DNA of 63,453 nt, the filler included. It is 3 parts of 3 records of this genome, joined end to end, with 100 filler letters (N's around TTAATTAATTAA, not from the genome) between each part and the next. Parts side by side here need not be neighbours in the genome. Positions count along the whole stretch, not along the records: positions 31,033 to 58,095 come from SRR22947727_2446; 2 more parts are not named here. The stretch is one strand, 5' to 3'. This document shows positions 32,143 to 42,379 of the stretch, one piece after another. The notes under the pieces were generated by a model. That model was not told the origin of the DNA and ran no database searches. It saw nothing but the letters and a program-made list of their open reading frames with translations. The number at the start of each line of letters is the position of its first letter. Positions within the stretch are counted from its first letter, which is position 1. A program made the translations under genes and the position numbers.

Positions 32143-33230
32143 ATGAGTTGAAGTCGCTGCGTTCTTTTTGTTTTGTCTTGAACTTGTCCTGCAAGCTGAC
32201 CACAAGCTGCATCAATATCGTCACCTCGTGTTTTACGTATGGTTGTGACAATACCTGCATCCATTAAAATTTCTTGAAAAGCCTTAATGGTCGTTTTTTT
32301 AGAACATTTATAACCACTCTTAGGAAATGGGTTAAAAGGTATAAGGTTTATCTTAGATGGTACTTTTTTAATTAAATTGACCAACTCTTTAGCTTGGTCG
32401 ATGGAATCATTCACATTCTCAAGCATGACATATTCAAATGTAATAAAGTCCCTAGGGGCTTTTTCTACATAATTTAAACAAGATTTCATTAGCATATCAA
32501 GTGGATACTTTTTATTGATAGGAACAATTTCATCTCTTATTTTATTATTCGGTGCATGTAATGAAATTGCTAAAGAAACGGGACAATCAAGGCTTAACTT
32601 TTCAATTGCTGGAACTAGACCGCTAGTTGATAACGTCACCTTCCTTCTGCTTAAACCGTAAATATTATCATCGAGCATCATCTCTAGTGCGTGAACAACA
32701 TGCTTATAGTTAGCTAGAGGCTCGCCCATTCCCATCATCACCACATTAGTTATAATTCTTTCATCTTTTTTTAAGACTTTGTAATTATCTTGCTCACGAA
32801 GTTTATGATTTGCTAGCCATAATTGCCCTATGATCTCAGCCGATGTTAAGTTTCTGTTAAAACCTTGCCTTCCTGTTGAACAAAATGTACATTCTAATGC
32901 GCAACCTACCTGCGAGGAAATACAAAGTGTGCCACGACTTTTTTCTGGGATAAAAACAGTCTCAATCCCATTTTTTGTTCCCATATCCAGCAACCACTTT
33001 CTTGTTCCATCCAAAGACAAATTATCTAGCTCTATTTCTGGAATTTCAATTTCTGCTATCTCATCTAAAGAGCTTCGAAAATGCTGAGCCAAGTCTGTCA
33101 TTTTGGAAAAATCTCTTTCCCCAAAGTGATAAATCCACTTTAATAACTGTTTTGCACGATAAGGCTTATGCCCAAATTTTTGAATATATTCGGTTAATTC
33201 ATTGCAGTTAAGATCGAGCAAGTTATCCAA
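32139..33230 (-). CDS. rlmN: 23S rRNA/tRNA m2A methyltransferase (radical SAM)
   Basis: [29 protein letters not shown]. Confidence 0.97.
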   Translation of the reverse strand: MDNLLDLNCNELTEYIQKFGHKPYRAKQLLKWIYHFGERDFSKMTDLAQHFRSSLDEIAEIEIPEIELDNLSLDGTRKWLLDMGTKNGIETVFIPEKSRGTLCISSQVGCALECTFCSTGRQGFNRNLTSAEIIGQLWLANHKLREQDNYKVLKKDERIITNVVMMGMGEPLANYKHVVHALEMMLDDNIYGLSRRKVTLSTSGLVPAIEKLSLDCPVSLAISLHAPNNKIRDEIVPINKKYPLDMLMKSCLNYVEKAPRDFITFEYVMLENVNDSIDQAKELVNLIKKVPSKINLIPFNPFPKSGYKCSKKTTIKAFQEILMDAGIVTTIRKTRGDDIDAACGQLAGQVQDKTKRTQRLQLI

Positions 33231-33236
33231 AAAATT

Positions 33237-33656
33237 TTAACCAAAGAAATAATCTATCTCTATTTTAGCATTTTCTAATGAATCAGAACCATGAACCGCA
33301 TTTGCATCAATACTATCCGCAAAATCAGCTCTTATAGTCCCAGCATCTGCCTCTTTTGGGTTAGTTGCTCCCATTAGTTCACGGTTTTTTAAAACTGCAT
33401 TAACTCCCTCTAATGCCTGAATCATAACAGGACCAGATGTCATAAATATTACCAAGTCATTAAAAAAGGGTCTATCTTTGTGAACAGCATAAAACCCTTC
33501 AGCTTCTTCTTTTGTTAGTTGCACCATCATGGCTTTGACTATTTTTAAATTTGCTTTTTCAAAGCGCGTATAAATCTCACCAATCACATTCTTTGCGACG
33601 GCATCCGGCTTAATGATGGATAAAGTTTGTTCAATTGTCATTTTTAGATTCTCCAA
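33237..33656 (-). CDS. ndk: Nucleoside diphosphate kinase
   Basis: [27 protein letters not shown]; start may be ATG 33641. Confidence 0.97.
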   Translation of the reverse strand: MENLKMTIEQTLSIIKPDAVAKNVIGEIYTRFEKANLKIVKAMMVQLTKEEAEGFYAVHKDRPFFNDLVIFMTSGPVMIQALEGVNAVLKNRELMGATNPKEADAGTIRADFADSIDANAVHGSDSLENAKIEIDYFFG

Positions 33657-33743
33657 GGCATTTTTTAAATAAAATTGATTAAAAGAGCGTTAAAATAACA
33701 CTTTTAAAGCATAAAATAAATTAAATTTAATCAATATATAATT

Positions 33744-34685
33744 ATGTACCTCACTATTGCCTTCTATCAATTTGTCAGACTTGAAAATATCAAGCAACTA
33801 CAAGAATTTATTTTAAAATTTTGTCAAAAAAATAATATTAAAGGCACTATTTTATTAGCTAGTGAAGGAATCAATGGAACCATATCTGGGCAAAAGAACG
33901 ATATTAATGAATTCCTTGAGTTTATCAAGACAGATTCTTTTCTCAAAGGTAACTTTAAAAACCTAGAACATAAAGAATCATGGGCATCTAAAAATCCTTT
34001 TTACCGAATGAAGGTTAGATTAAAAAAAGAAATTGTTGCACTTGGGGTTGAAAGAATCAGCCCAATAACAAAAGTAGGTAAATACGTAAATCCAGAAGAC
34101 TGGAACGCCCTTATTAATGATCCAAAGACAATTGTTATTGACACAAGAAATAATTATGAAGTGGATATAGGTACTTTTAAAAATTCAATTAACCCTCAGA
34201 CAGAAACATTCAAGGAGTTTCCTTCATTTGTGGAAAAAAACCTCGAAGATAAAAAGCAAAAAAAAGTTGCTATGTTTTGCACTGGAGGAATTCGTTGTGA
34301 AAAAGCAACATCATTGATGCTAGAAAAAGGTTATGAAGATGTATATCACTTAAAAGGCGGGATTTTAAAATACCTAGAAAATGTTCCTAAAGAGCAAAGT
34401 TTATGGGAAGGTGAATGTTTTGTTTTTGATCAGCGTGTAGCAGTCACTCATGGTTTAGAAGAAGGTCAATACGATCAATGCTATGCCTGTAGACACCCCT
34501 TATCGCCTGATGAATTAAAGTCAGATAAATATACCAAAGGCATTTCCTGTCCTTATTGTTACAACAAGCTAACTGATAAGAAAAAAGCTGGTTTAACCGA
34601 GAGACAAAAACAAATTATGCTGTCAAAATCAAAAGGCAGCAATCATATAGGTGATAATCAAAATTTGAATAAGGATAATTTATGA
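33744..34685 (+). CDS. trhO: Rhodanese-domain tRNA uridine(34) hydroxylase (UPF0176)
   Basis: EGINGT, DTRNNYE, FCTGGIRCEKA, LKGGILKY, GECFVFD. Confidence 0.9.
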   Translation: MYLTIAFYQFVRLENIKQLQEFILKFCQKNNIKGTILLASEGINGTISGQKNDINEFLEFIKTDSFLKGNFKNLEHKESWASKNPFYRMKVRLKKEIVALGVERISPITKVGKYVNPEDWNALINDPKTIVIDTRNNYEVDIGTFKNSINPQTETFKEFPSFVEKNLEDKKQKKVAMFCTGGIRCEKATSLMLEKGYEDVYHLKGGILKYLENVPKEQSLWEGECFVFDQRVAVTHGLEEGQYDQCYACRHPLSPDELKSDKYTKGISCPYCYNKLTDKKKAGLTERQKQIMLSKSKGSNHIGDNQNLNKDNL

Positions 34686-35686
34686 AAAAAATTGGATGGG
34701 GTATTTTAGGTGCAGCTAGGGTTAACGAACGCCTAATGCCTGCAATTGCTCAATCAGACTTTGGCGATTTGATAGCGATTGGCAGCAGACGACCTGGTGC
34801 TTCAAGAGAATGTCTTTTAAAACACCTACCAAAATATGAAGATAAAGTGTCCTGTTTTGACGGGTTAGATCAAGTAATCACTCATGAAAGCGTAGATGCA
34901 ATTTATATTCCTCTTGCAAATGAAGAACATACCGAGATCGCATTAAAGGCAATTAGAGAGAAAAAACACGTTTTAATTGAAAAGCCAATGGCAATAAAAT
35001 CCAAAGAGGTAAAAATTTTAATAGAGGAGGCAGCAAAGAATAATGTCAAAATTATGGAGGGATTTATGTATGCATTTCACCCTCAGTTTGACAGAATTAT
35101 GAATACTATTAAGTCTAATATTTTGGGAGATATTTCTTACGCTCATTCAATGTTCTCATTTCCAATTCAACCAGCAAGATTTTATCGTATTGATCGTTCG
35201 ATGGAGAATGGAGGTGGGGCACTATGGGATATTGGTCCGTATGCTATTCATACCATAAGACAATGCTTCAAAGAAAACCCCCAAAGAGTTAAGGCAATAG
35301 CGATAATTAATGAGCATGGAGCAGATATTGCAACAAGCGGTTTAATAGAATTTGGTAACTCAAAACGTGCAACATTTGATATAAGCTTTGAATGTACACG
35401 TAGATCAGAATTTGAAGCATTTGGTGCACTGGGAAGAGTTAAATGCCCGACAGTATGGCAACCAGATGATAAACAAGCAAAAATAATTATTAACACAGAA
35501 AGTTCTGGTTTAAATGAGGAAGTTGTGCCAGCAGCTAACCACTTTGTTTTAGAGATTAATCATTTTAATAAAGTTATTAGTTCGGATATAGTTCCCAAGT
35601 TATCAAGTGAGGATGCATTTTGGAACGCAAAGACACTAGAGTGTATTCAGCAAAGTATTAAGAAAGATAGTTGGATCAATCTTTGA
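34682..35686 (+). CDS. Gfo/Idh/MocA-family oxidoreductase
   Basis: WGILGAA, HVLIEKP, GGGALWDIGPY. Confidence 0.9.
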   Translation: MKKIGWGILGAARVNERLMPAIAQSDFGDLIAIGSRRPGASRECLLKHLPKYEDKVSCFDGLDQVITHESVDAIYIPLANEEHTEIALKAIREKKHVLIEKPMAIKSKEVKILIEEAAKNNVKIMEGFMYAFHPQFDRIMNTIKSNILGDISYAHSMFSFPIQPARFYRIDRSMENGGGALWDIGPYAIHTIRQCFKENPQRVKAIAIINEHGADIATSGLIEFGNSKRATFDISFECTRRSEFEAFGALGRVKCPTVWQPDDKQAKIIINTESSGLNEEVVPAANHFVLEINHFNKVISSDIVPKLSSEDAFWNAKTLECIQQSIKKDSWINL

Positions 35687-36315
35687 ATAAAGCAATTATT
35701 TTTGATTTTGATGGTACGTTGGTTGACTCTAAAATTACCATTTATCAGTGCTTCCAGAGCATAACTAATTATCTTGCACCCGAAAGAATTGATTATGCCA
35801 AAAATATTCTAATTGGCCCTCCGCTCCGTGATACTGCTTCTGAAATATTAGGCCCAAACTATCAAGGTCAATTAGATGAATTTGTAAAACTATTCATTGA
35901 GATGCATGATGAACACGCAATTAAAAATACCCAACCTTATCCTGGTGTAATTGAAACTTTAAAAGATTTAAGTTCGAAAGGCATATCAATGGCAGTTGCT
36001 ACTAATAAAAGATATGTGCCAACCATTAAACTAATTAATCATTTTGGATGGCATAAATATTTTACTTCTATCGAATGCAGCGATAGCCTCAACCAAATAA
36101 GAAATAAAGACGAAATGATTCAGGAAATTTTAAAAAATAATAACTATACTGAAGCATTTTTTGTTGGGGATACTGTTAATGACGGTTTATCTGCGAACCT
36201 TAATAAATTAACCTTTATTTTGGCACGCTATGGATATGGTCGAGATCAAGATTGGAAAAAAGTCAAAATTCATAATGAAATTCAACAATTCTCTAAAGTT
36301 TTAGAAATCATTTAA
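35671..36315 (+). CDS. HAD-superfamily hydrolase (phosphoglycolate phosphatase-like)
   Basis: FDFDGTLVDS, VATNK, VGDTVND. Confidence 0.9.
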   Translation: MDQSLNKAIIFDFDGTLVDSKITIYQCFQSITNYLAPERIDYAKNILIGPPLRDTASEILGPNYQGQLDEFVKLFIEMHDEHAIKNTQPYPGVIETLKDLSSKGISMAVATNKRYVPTIKLINHFGWHKYFTSIECSDSLNQIRNKDEMIQEILKNNNYTEAFFVGDTVNDGLSANLNKLTFILARYGYGRDQDWKKVKIHNEIQQFSKVLEII

Positions 36316-36319
36316 TTGA

Positions 36320-37495
36320 TTACAACTTATTAATGATAGTTATAATTTTTTTAAGATTAATTTTAGAAACTCCAAAAGAAAATCTTAAAAAATCTGGCTT
36401 ACCGAAAACACTTCCAGGAATTACAACTAATCCATATTCATTTAATAAATAATCAGCAAAATCTACATCACTTGAAAAGTTATACCTTAATATATATTTT
36501 TTAAAATCTACAAAGCAAAACATACCAGATTCAGGGATAATAAAATTAATACCGTAAACTTTATTTAGAGAATAAGAAATTTTTTTTACGTTCTCCTTTA
36601 ATTCACTACAAATTTGATCAGCAATTTCTGATTCGTTTTTAATTGCATGAATTGCAGCATATTGGGCAATAACTGGTATATTTGAAATAGATTGTGAGTT
36701 AATAGCTGTTAATATTTTTATTAATCCATGCGATGCGTAAATAAACCCAACTCTCCATCCAGTCATGCAACACGATTTAGATACACTATTTACAATAATA
36801 TTTCTTTTAATGGCATTAGGCCCAAGCTTTAAAAATGGAAATTTAATATTTTTAGCAGACCATGAGATATATTCGTAAACATTATCATGAATAATAAAAG
36901 CCTTAGAGTTTTTTAGGGATGACAAAACAAATGATAAGTATATTTCTTCTGGTAATATATTCCCACTTGGATTGCTTGGAGAATTAAATATAACGGCTTT
37001 AGTTTTTGATGAGAGCAACTTTTCAAATTTAAAAATAGAATTACTTTTTACATTAGAAATATCGAATAACTTAACTTTACCTCCAAAAGTTTTGATCATC
37101 TCTGGGTAGGATGGCCAATAAGGTGAAAAAATGATTACCTCATCATCAGGGTTTATTAAAGCTTGAAAAATGCAATACAAAGCATGTTTCGCACCTGCAG
37201 TAGAAATTATATTTTCATCTGTAGCACTTGATATATCGTAAAAGTTTTTAATTTTATACAAAATCTGTTCTCTGAGAGGGTCAATCCCACGAACATTTGT
37301 ATATCCGAATTCCTTTTTTTTAATACCATTTAAACCAGCCTGAATAATCTCCTCATTTGTTCTCTTATAGAATTCCCCAACACCTGCATCAATAATAGTT
37401 TTCCCATTTTTTTTTAAATACCTAGCTTTAGCAACAAGCGCCGAAATCGGCGAAATTGAAGTTTTAGATAATTGTTTATTAAATAAGTTTTTCAT
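36320..37495 (-). CDS. Class I/II PLP aminotransferase (AspC-like, divergent)
   Basis: GAKHAL, PYWPSY, NSPSNPSG, DNVY, SVSKSCCMTGWRVG (PLP lysine), LRFSF. Confidence 0.9.
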   Translation of the reverse strand: MKNLFNKQLSKTSISPISALVAKARYLKKNGKTIIDAGVGEFYKRTNEEIIQAGLNGIKKKEFGYTNVRGIDPLREQILYKIKNFYDISSATDENIISTAGAKHALYCIFQALINPDDEVIIFSPYWPSYPEMIKTFGGKVKLFDISNVKSNSIFKFEKLLSSKTKAVIFNSPSNPSGNILPEEIYLSFVLSSLKNSKAFIIHDNVYEYISWSAKNIKFPFLKLGPNAIKRNIIVNSVSKSCCMTGWRVGFIYASHGLIKILTAINSQSISNIPVIAQYAAIHAIKNESEIADQICSELKENVKKISYSLNKVYGINFIIPESGMFCFVDFKKYILRYNFSSDVDFADYLLNEYGLVVIPGSVFGKPDFLRFSFGVSKINLKKIITIINKL

Positions 37496-38379
37496 TAGAT
37501 TCTCGAGTAGAAATCATGAATTATAGAATCAATACTAAATAATTTTTTTTTGTAAAATTTCTTCTGTTGGTCGGTATTTGGGACATAAAAATCTTTATAG
37601 TCACTATTCTCTAATACTAAATTTGCAGAAGTTATCTCTGATATTTTATAACCAAGCTCTCTCATGGTTATTGGTTCAGGGGAGCCAATATTGATATATT
37701 TATTTGCTGCATCGATATTCGAAATAATACTAATTATGGCCATTCCAAGATCATATTCATGCATGTATGATCTTATCACTTTAGGATTTTTAACAACCAA
37801 AATGCCATTATTAATTGCACTGTTAAAAAGATCAATAATTGCAAATTCCTTTCTATTCATCATAAGACGCCCTGCAAAAGAAAATAATCTCAAAATAATA
37901 AAATTAATTTTATTATTTTGGCAAAATTCTCTTACTACATCCTCTTCTTTTAATTTTGCATATGCATATGTATTCTGCATTTCATCAGAGGATACGGTTA
38001 TATCTTTTTCCTTAAAAAAAGATTCTTTTTTTTTATAAACAGCTCCGCTACTGAGGTAGACAAATGTTTTAATATTTTTAGTTAAGCATACCTCTAATGA
38101 TTTTTTAAGATTAATTAAATTTAATTTATATCTAGTCTTAGAGTTCCTAGGCGCACTCATACTATGGATGTAAACATCATAAAAAGAATTAAACTTACAA
38201 TTAAAGAAATTTTGAAGATCTATAAGCTCTGGACTAATATTTAAATTATCCAATAATACTTTGCTATTTATTTTTGAAGATATTAAACCTAATTTTTTTA
38301 CAGAGTTTATATTTTTATCTAAATTACATCTAATTGAATTCGAAACAAAACCTGTAGCTCCAGATATTAATAGATTCAT
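37495..38379 (-). CDS. Extended SDR, NDP-sugar reductase/epimerase
   Basis: GATGFVS, SSGAVY, YAYAK, RSYMH. Confidence 0.85.
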   Translation of the reverse strand: MNLLISGATGFVSNSIRCNLDKNINSVKKLGLISSKINSKVLLDNLNISPELIDLQNFFNCKFNSFYDVYIHSMSAPRNSKTRYKLNLINLKKSLEVCLTKNIKTFVYLSSGAVYKKKESFFKEKDITVSSDEMQNTYAYAKLKEEDVVREFCQNNKINFIILRLFSFAGRLMMNRKEFAIIDLFNSAINNGILVVKNPKVIRSYMHEYDLGMAIISIISNIDAANKYINIGSPEPITMRELGYKISEITSANLVLENSDYKDFYVPNTDQQKKFYKKKLFSIDSIIHDFYSRI

Positions 38380-40205
38380 TAAATATCTTTTAAATAATTA
38401 ATGATGTCATCAACTTCTGCATCACTTAATGTAGGATTCATATTTATCAATGAACCACCTGCAATAGTTCCATCATCTCTCTTAGAAATTCCAACTTTAG
38501 GCTCAAAATTTTGATCATCTCTAACAATTACCTCGACAATTTTTCTACCCTCTTCAAAAATTTCTGATATTAAATTATCAGAACGATTATCAAGATCTAT
38601 ACATACATAATGAAAGCTATAGGCATTGGCTATTAGTTTTAAATCTGGAAAAGTTACACCATTATCTGGGCTAACCCCATGGAGCATAACTTCTTCACCG
38701 AAAATATTTTTTTGTGATTGTCTTATTGAATCATATCCGTCATTATTTATAACCACAAAAGAAATATCCAAATCATAACCTTTGACTGTTTGTAATTCTT
38801 GTATATTTAATTGAAAACTTCCATCACCGGTTAAACAAACAATTTTATTATTTCGGTCAGCAAGAGAAGATCCAATACTTGCAGGAATATCAAAACCCAT
38901 AGATGCACACCCAACATTTTGAAATAATAATTGGCCAAATTGAATATTTGCAGTTTGGAATGACCCTACAACAGAAATACCATTTCCAATCACTGTGTTA
39001 ATATGATTGGGTAACAATCGAAAGTAGTCAAATAAAAAATGATATGGGTTAAGTTTTTCGTGGCTAGTATAGTCGGATGGCTTGGGTCGGTATCTATTCC
39101 ATACATCTTTAGCTCTTAATACCCATCTTTCGTGTTTTAGAGGAGAAGTATAGTTAATTTTTTTTAGATTCGTAAGCATGGACTCACAAAAGCTTGCTGG
39201 ATTTGATAAAACTGGAAGATTGATTACTAAATTAGGCTTATAAAATTCATTAAAATCATTTTCAACCATAATCTTAAATGACTCAGGAGAAAATTTGTCT
39301 ATGTCAGGGCCTTTTTGTCTATTTGAGACAGTTGATCCAATAAATAAAATTAGATCAGACGTATAAACATTAAAATTACCAGACCTTTCTCCTCTAAGCC
39401 CAGGTCTTCCAACGAAAAAAGGGGAATTTGTAGAAATTAAGTCATGTGCATTCCACTCGGTTACTACTGGAATTTTTAAAAGCTGAATTAACTGCATTAA
39501 TTTAGATTCATATTCATATGATTTTAATTGAGCACCAAGGTAAAGTATTGGTCTAGATGATTTTGAAATTCTTTGAACTATTAAATCCAGTGTCATTTCA
39601 TTAACATTATTAGATCTAAGGTTTATATTGTTTGTCTCAATTAATTCAAAAGCGGCTGAGTCAAACTCGCATGGTACATACTTTCTTGCCTGAATATCCA
39701 TTGGAACATCAATCCACACTGGCCCTGGTCTTCCAGATTTTGCAATTTTTATACATTTCTCTATTTCATAAGACATATTAGTTGAATTGTCTACTCTTAA
39801 AACATATTTACATATTGGCTTTACAACTTGAGTGATCCCGTCAAACTCTTGATCGCCCAGTTGACGAAGAGGTATTGATGTTGAACCAACGCTTTGTGAT
39901 TGTTTAGGTTGACCTGAAATAATTATCACAGGTATGGAATCAACATATGCCCCATAAACACCATTTAAGGCATTCAAAGCTGCTGGTGCTGAAGTGACAT
40001 TTACGACAGCCATTTTTTTCGAAACCCTAAAATAACCTTCAGCCATCATCACTGCGGATTGTTCATTATGAAAATATACAGTTTCAATTTTTTTTGATTC
40101 AGCAAAAGCTTTATTAAGAAAAAGCGCGTGACCACCAACCATTGAAAAACAAATAGAAGCTTCTTTTTCTTCTAAAGTTTTAACTATAAATTCTGAATTA
40201 TTCAT
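38379..40205 (-). CDS. ThDP-dependent enzyme, YerE/acetolactate-synthase-like (probable NDP-sugar carboligase)
   Basis: HNEQSA, GRPGPVWIDVPMD, GDGSFQLN...NNDGY ThDP motif; located in a sugar operon with no ilvN or ilvC. Confidence 0.85.
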   Translation of the reverse strand: MNNSEFIVKTLEEKEASICFSMVGGHALFLNKAFAESKKIETVYFHNEQSAVMMAEGYFRVSKKMAVVNVTSAPAALNALNGVYGAYVDSIPVIIISGQPKQSQSVGSTSIPLRQLGDQEFDGITQVVKPICKYVLRVDNSTNMSYEIEKCIKIAKSGRPGPVWIDVPMDIQARKYVPCEFDSAAFELIETNNINLRSNNVNEMTLDLIVQRISKSSRPILYLGAQLKSYEYESKLMQLIQLLKIPVVTEWNAHDLISTNSPFFVGRPGLRGERSGNFNVYTSDLILFIGSTVSNRQKGPDIDKFSPESFKIMVENDFNEFYKPNLVINLPVLSNPASFCESMLTNLKKINYTSPLKHERWVLRAKDVWNRYRPKPSDYTSHEKLNPYHFLFDYFRLLPNHINTVIGNGISVVGSFQTANIQFGQLLFQNVGCASMGFDIPASIGSSLADRNNKIVCLTGDGSFQLNIQELQTVKGYDLDISFVVINNDGYDSIRQSQKNIFGEEVMLHGVSPDNGVTFPDLKLIANAYSFHYVCIDLDNRSDNLISEIFEEGRKIVEVIVRDDQNFEPKVGISKRDDGTIAGGSLINMNPTLSDAEVDDIINYLKDI

Positions 40206-40212
40206 TTCTTAT

Positions 40213-41418
40213 TTAAGCTAGAAGAATTTTGAGATCTTCATAAATGTATGAGAAAGGTTCGCACCCTACAGAGAAACGAATAAAATTATTGCTAAAGATC
40301 AGAGAGTGGTAATGCTTTTCATCAATCCCTCCTTTTTCTCTCTTACTCATGAAAAATGGAATTTCAATTAAGGAATCTACAGAACCAAAGCTTGGTGCCA
40401 TTTTTGTAGAACATAATTTTTCAATATTTCTCTCAAGATTTACTTCATGAATAACTTCAAATGAAATTACGCCACCATGAAAGGCATACTGTTCTCCCAT
40501 CGAGGCTTGATCATTATTTGAAAAAGAAAATGGATAAAAAATTCTTTTTATCTTTGGATGCTCCTTTAAGAAGGAAATAACATGATTAGTATTTTTCTCA
40601 ATTTGAGCAATTCTTAAATCATATGTTCTGAGACTTCTCAATAAAAGATAAGAATCAAATGACCCTAAAATACAACCGTTGGAAGATCTAAAATCCCATA
40701 CCTCCTTAACAAGATCTTTGTTTTTAGTCGATAGAATTCCAGCAAGAATATCATTGTGTCCTCCAATATATTTTGTACATGAAGAGACTATAATATCTGC
40801 ATGGTTTACCTCATCTTCATTAGTTATTAACCCTTGAAGCGTTATATCTATGATAATGAAGCTATCTGGAAATTCTCTTTTTAATTTTTTTACATCAGTA
40901 AGTCTTAAAAAGGGGTTACTAAAGTTTTCAATAAAAAATAATGTTTTCCCTTTTAATGAAGTAAGCATCGAAAATTTGTCATCAACAACATTTAAGTGGC
41001 GAATATTAAAACGTTTTGCTGCATCTGAAATAATCACTTCTGATTTACGATAAAACATTCCAAAAGTTACTATATTGTCAATCTTGTCATATAAAACATT
41101 CAATGCACAAGAAACGGCAGCCATTCCAGAATTAAACAAAAAGCAAGTACTCTTATCAAACATGTGTCCAAAATATTCCTCAGCTTGCCTTGCTAAATCA
41201 TTACCATCTCTAGCGTATCTAGTATTGTCTCTTTTGTTGTCATGATATTCATTAAGCTCATCTATAGTTTTAAAAGCATATGCTGAAGATAAATTGATGG
41301 ATGGATTTAGTGGATTTCCTATCGACTTTCCAAAATTATTGTCGCCAATAGTTGAGTTATTTGAAAGATGAAGATCATTCAAATATGAAGTGACGTATTT
41401 TTTAAATTTTTTATTCAT
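40213..41418 (-). CDS. Cys/Met-metabolism PLP enzyme, cystathionine gamma-synthase-like
   Basis: YARDGN, SGMAAV, YRKS, NPFLR, SCTKYIGGHNDILAG (PLP lysine), APSFG, IRFSVGCE. Confidence 0.88.
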   Translation of the reverse strand: MNKKFKKYVTSYLNDLHLSNNSTIGDNNFGKSIGNPLNPSINLSSAYAFKTIDELNEYHDNKRDNTRYARDGNDLARQAEEYFGHMFDKSTCFLFNSGMAAVSCALNVLYDKIDNIVTFGMFYRKSEVIISDAAKRFNIRHLNVVDDKFSMLTSLKGKTLFFIENFSNPFLRLTDVKKLKREFPDSFIIIDITLQGLITNEDEVNHADIIVSSCTKYIGGHNDILAGILSTKNKDLVKEVWDFRSSNGCILGSFDSYLLLRSLRTYDLRIAQIEKNTNHVISFLKEHPKIKRIFYPFSFSNNDQASMGEQYAFHGGVISFEVIHEVNLERNIEKLCSTKMAPSFGSVDSLIEIPFFMSKREKGGIDEKHYHSLIFSNNFIRFSVGCEPFSYIYEDLKILLA

Positions 41419-42379
41419 TATTTTTCAAATCCGTAAAATTCAACATTTCTTTGACTATGACTGGAGGTTTTCTCACTATGTGGGAAATAAGCAATATAAT
41501 ATACTCCCCAATTATTCCCAAAAAAATAAAAATCATACTAAAAAAGAATAAGTTTAAGAGTAAAAGAGGAGTTAATCCTGCTACATATGTATCCCAGTTG
41601 CTTAACTTTTGATATAAAAACCAAGATAAAAATATCATAGAAATACAACCAAGAAAAAACCCAAGTAAAATCATAAAGCGAAGAGGGAGCTTTGAAAATC
41701 GTACAATCCCAGTAATAGCTAATTCATAATTAGTGAAAAAATTTCCTTTTGATTCACCATACTTTCTATAAGGTTTGTCAAAAAAAACTTTGTCTATTTT
41801 GAATCCTAATTCAGGTATGATACCTCTAAAATATGGGAATGGATCATTCAATTTCTTTACTTCATCTATAACTTTTTTATCATATAGACCAAAACCCGTA
41901 AAGTTTTTTATCTGTTTGGTGTCAGAAATTTTTGAAATAAATGAATAAAATAGGGGCCGCACATATTTCATTAATCCAGGTTCTTCAGACTTATTTCTTA
42001 TAGCAATAACTACTTTTGAACCATTTTCCCAGTGTTTAATAAATTTAGGTATAAGTTCTGGGGGGTCTTCAAGATCAGAGGCCATTCTAATAATTACATC
42101 TCCAGAACAATGCATAAGAGAACTATAAGGAGATCTAACATGACCATAATTTGTTTGATTAAACAACACCTTAACATTTTTATTTTTTCTTGCTAAGTTG
42201 TATAAAACTTCTGGCGTTCTGTCGGTTGAATCATTATCAGATATAACTATTTCGTAATTATATTTTTTACTTGCTTTAAAGATTTCATCGATATGCTTAC
42301 ATACTTTATCAATATTTATTGATTCGTTATAGCAAGATGTTGCAATGCTAATTAGTTTTTTCTTATATGTTTTTTTCAT
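41411..42379 (-). CDS. GtrB/DPM-synthase-like GT2 polyprenyl-phosphate glycosyltransferase
   Basis: CYNE, DNDSTD, SDLEDPP, two C-terminal TM helices ending LGIIGEYI. Confidence 0.9.
   Translation of the reverse strand: MKKTYKKKLISIATSCYNESINIDKVCKHIDEIFKASKKYNYEIVISDNDSTDRTPEVLYNLARKNKNVKVLFNQTNYGHVRSPYSSLMHCSGDVIIRMASDLEDPPELIPKFIKHWENGSKVVIAIRNKSEEPGLMKYVRPLFYSFISKISDTKQIKNFTGFGLYDKKVIDEVKKLNDPFPYFRGIIPELGFKIDKVFFDKPYRKYGESKGNFFTNYELAITGIVRFSKLPLRFMILLGFFLGCISMIFLSWFLYQKLSNWDTYVAGLTPLLLLNLFFFSMIFIFLGIIGEYIILLISHIVRKPPVIVKEMLNFTDLKNNE

Noticed and set aside
38379-40205. Housekeeping acetolactate synthase ilvB/ilvI
   Set aside because: No regulatory subunit or ilvC, divergent loops, and coupled to sugar-pathway genes.
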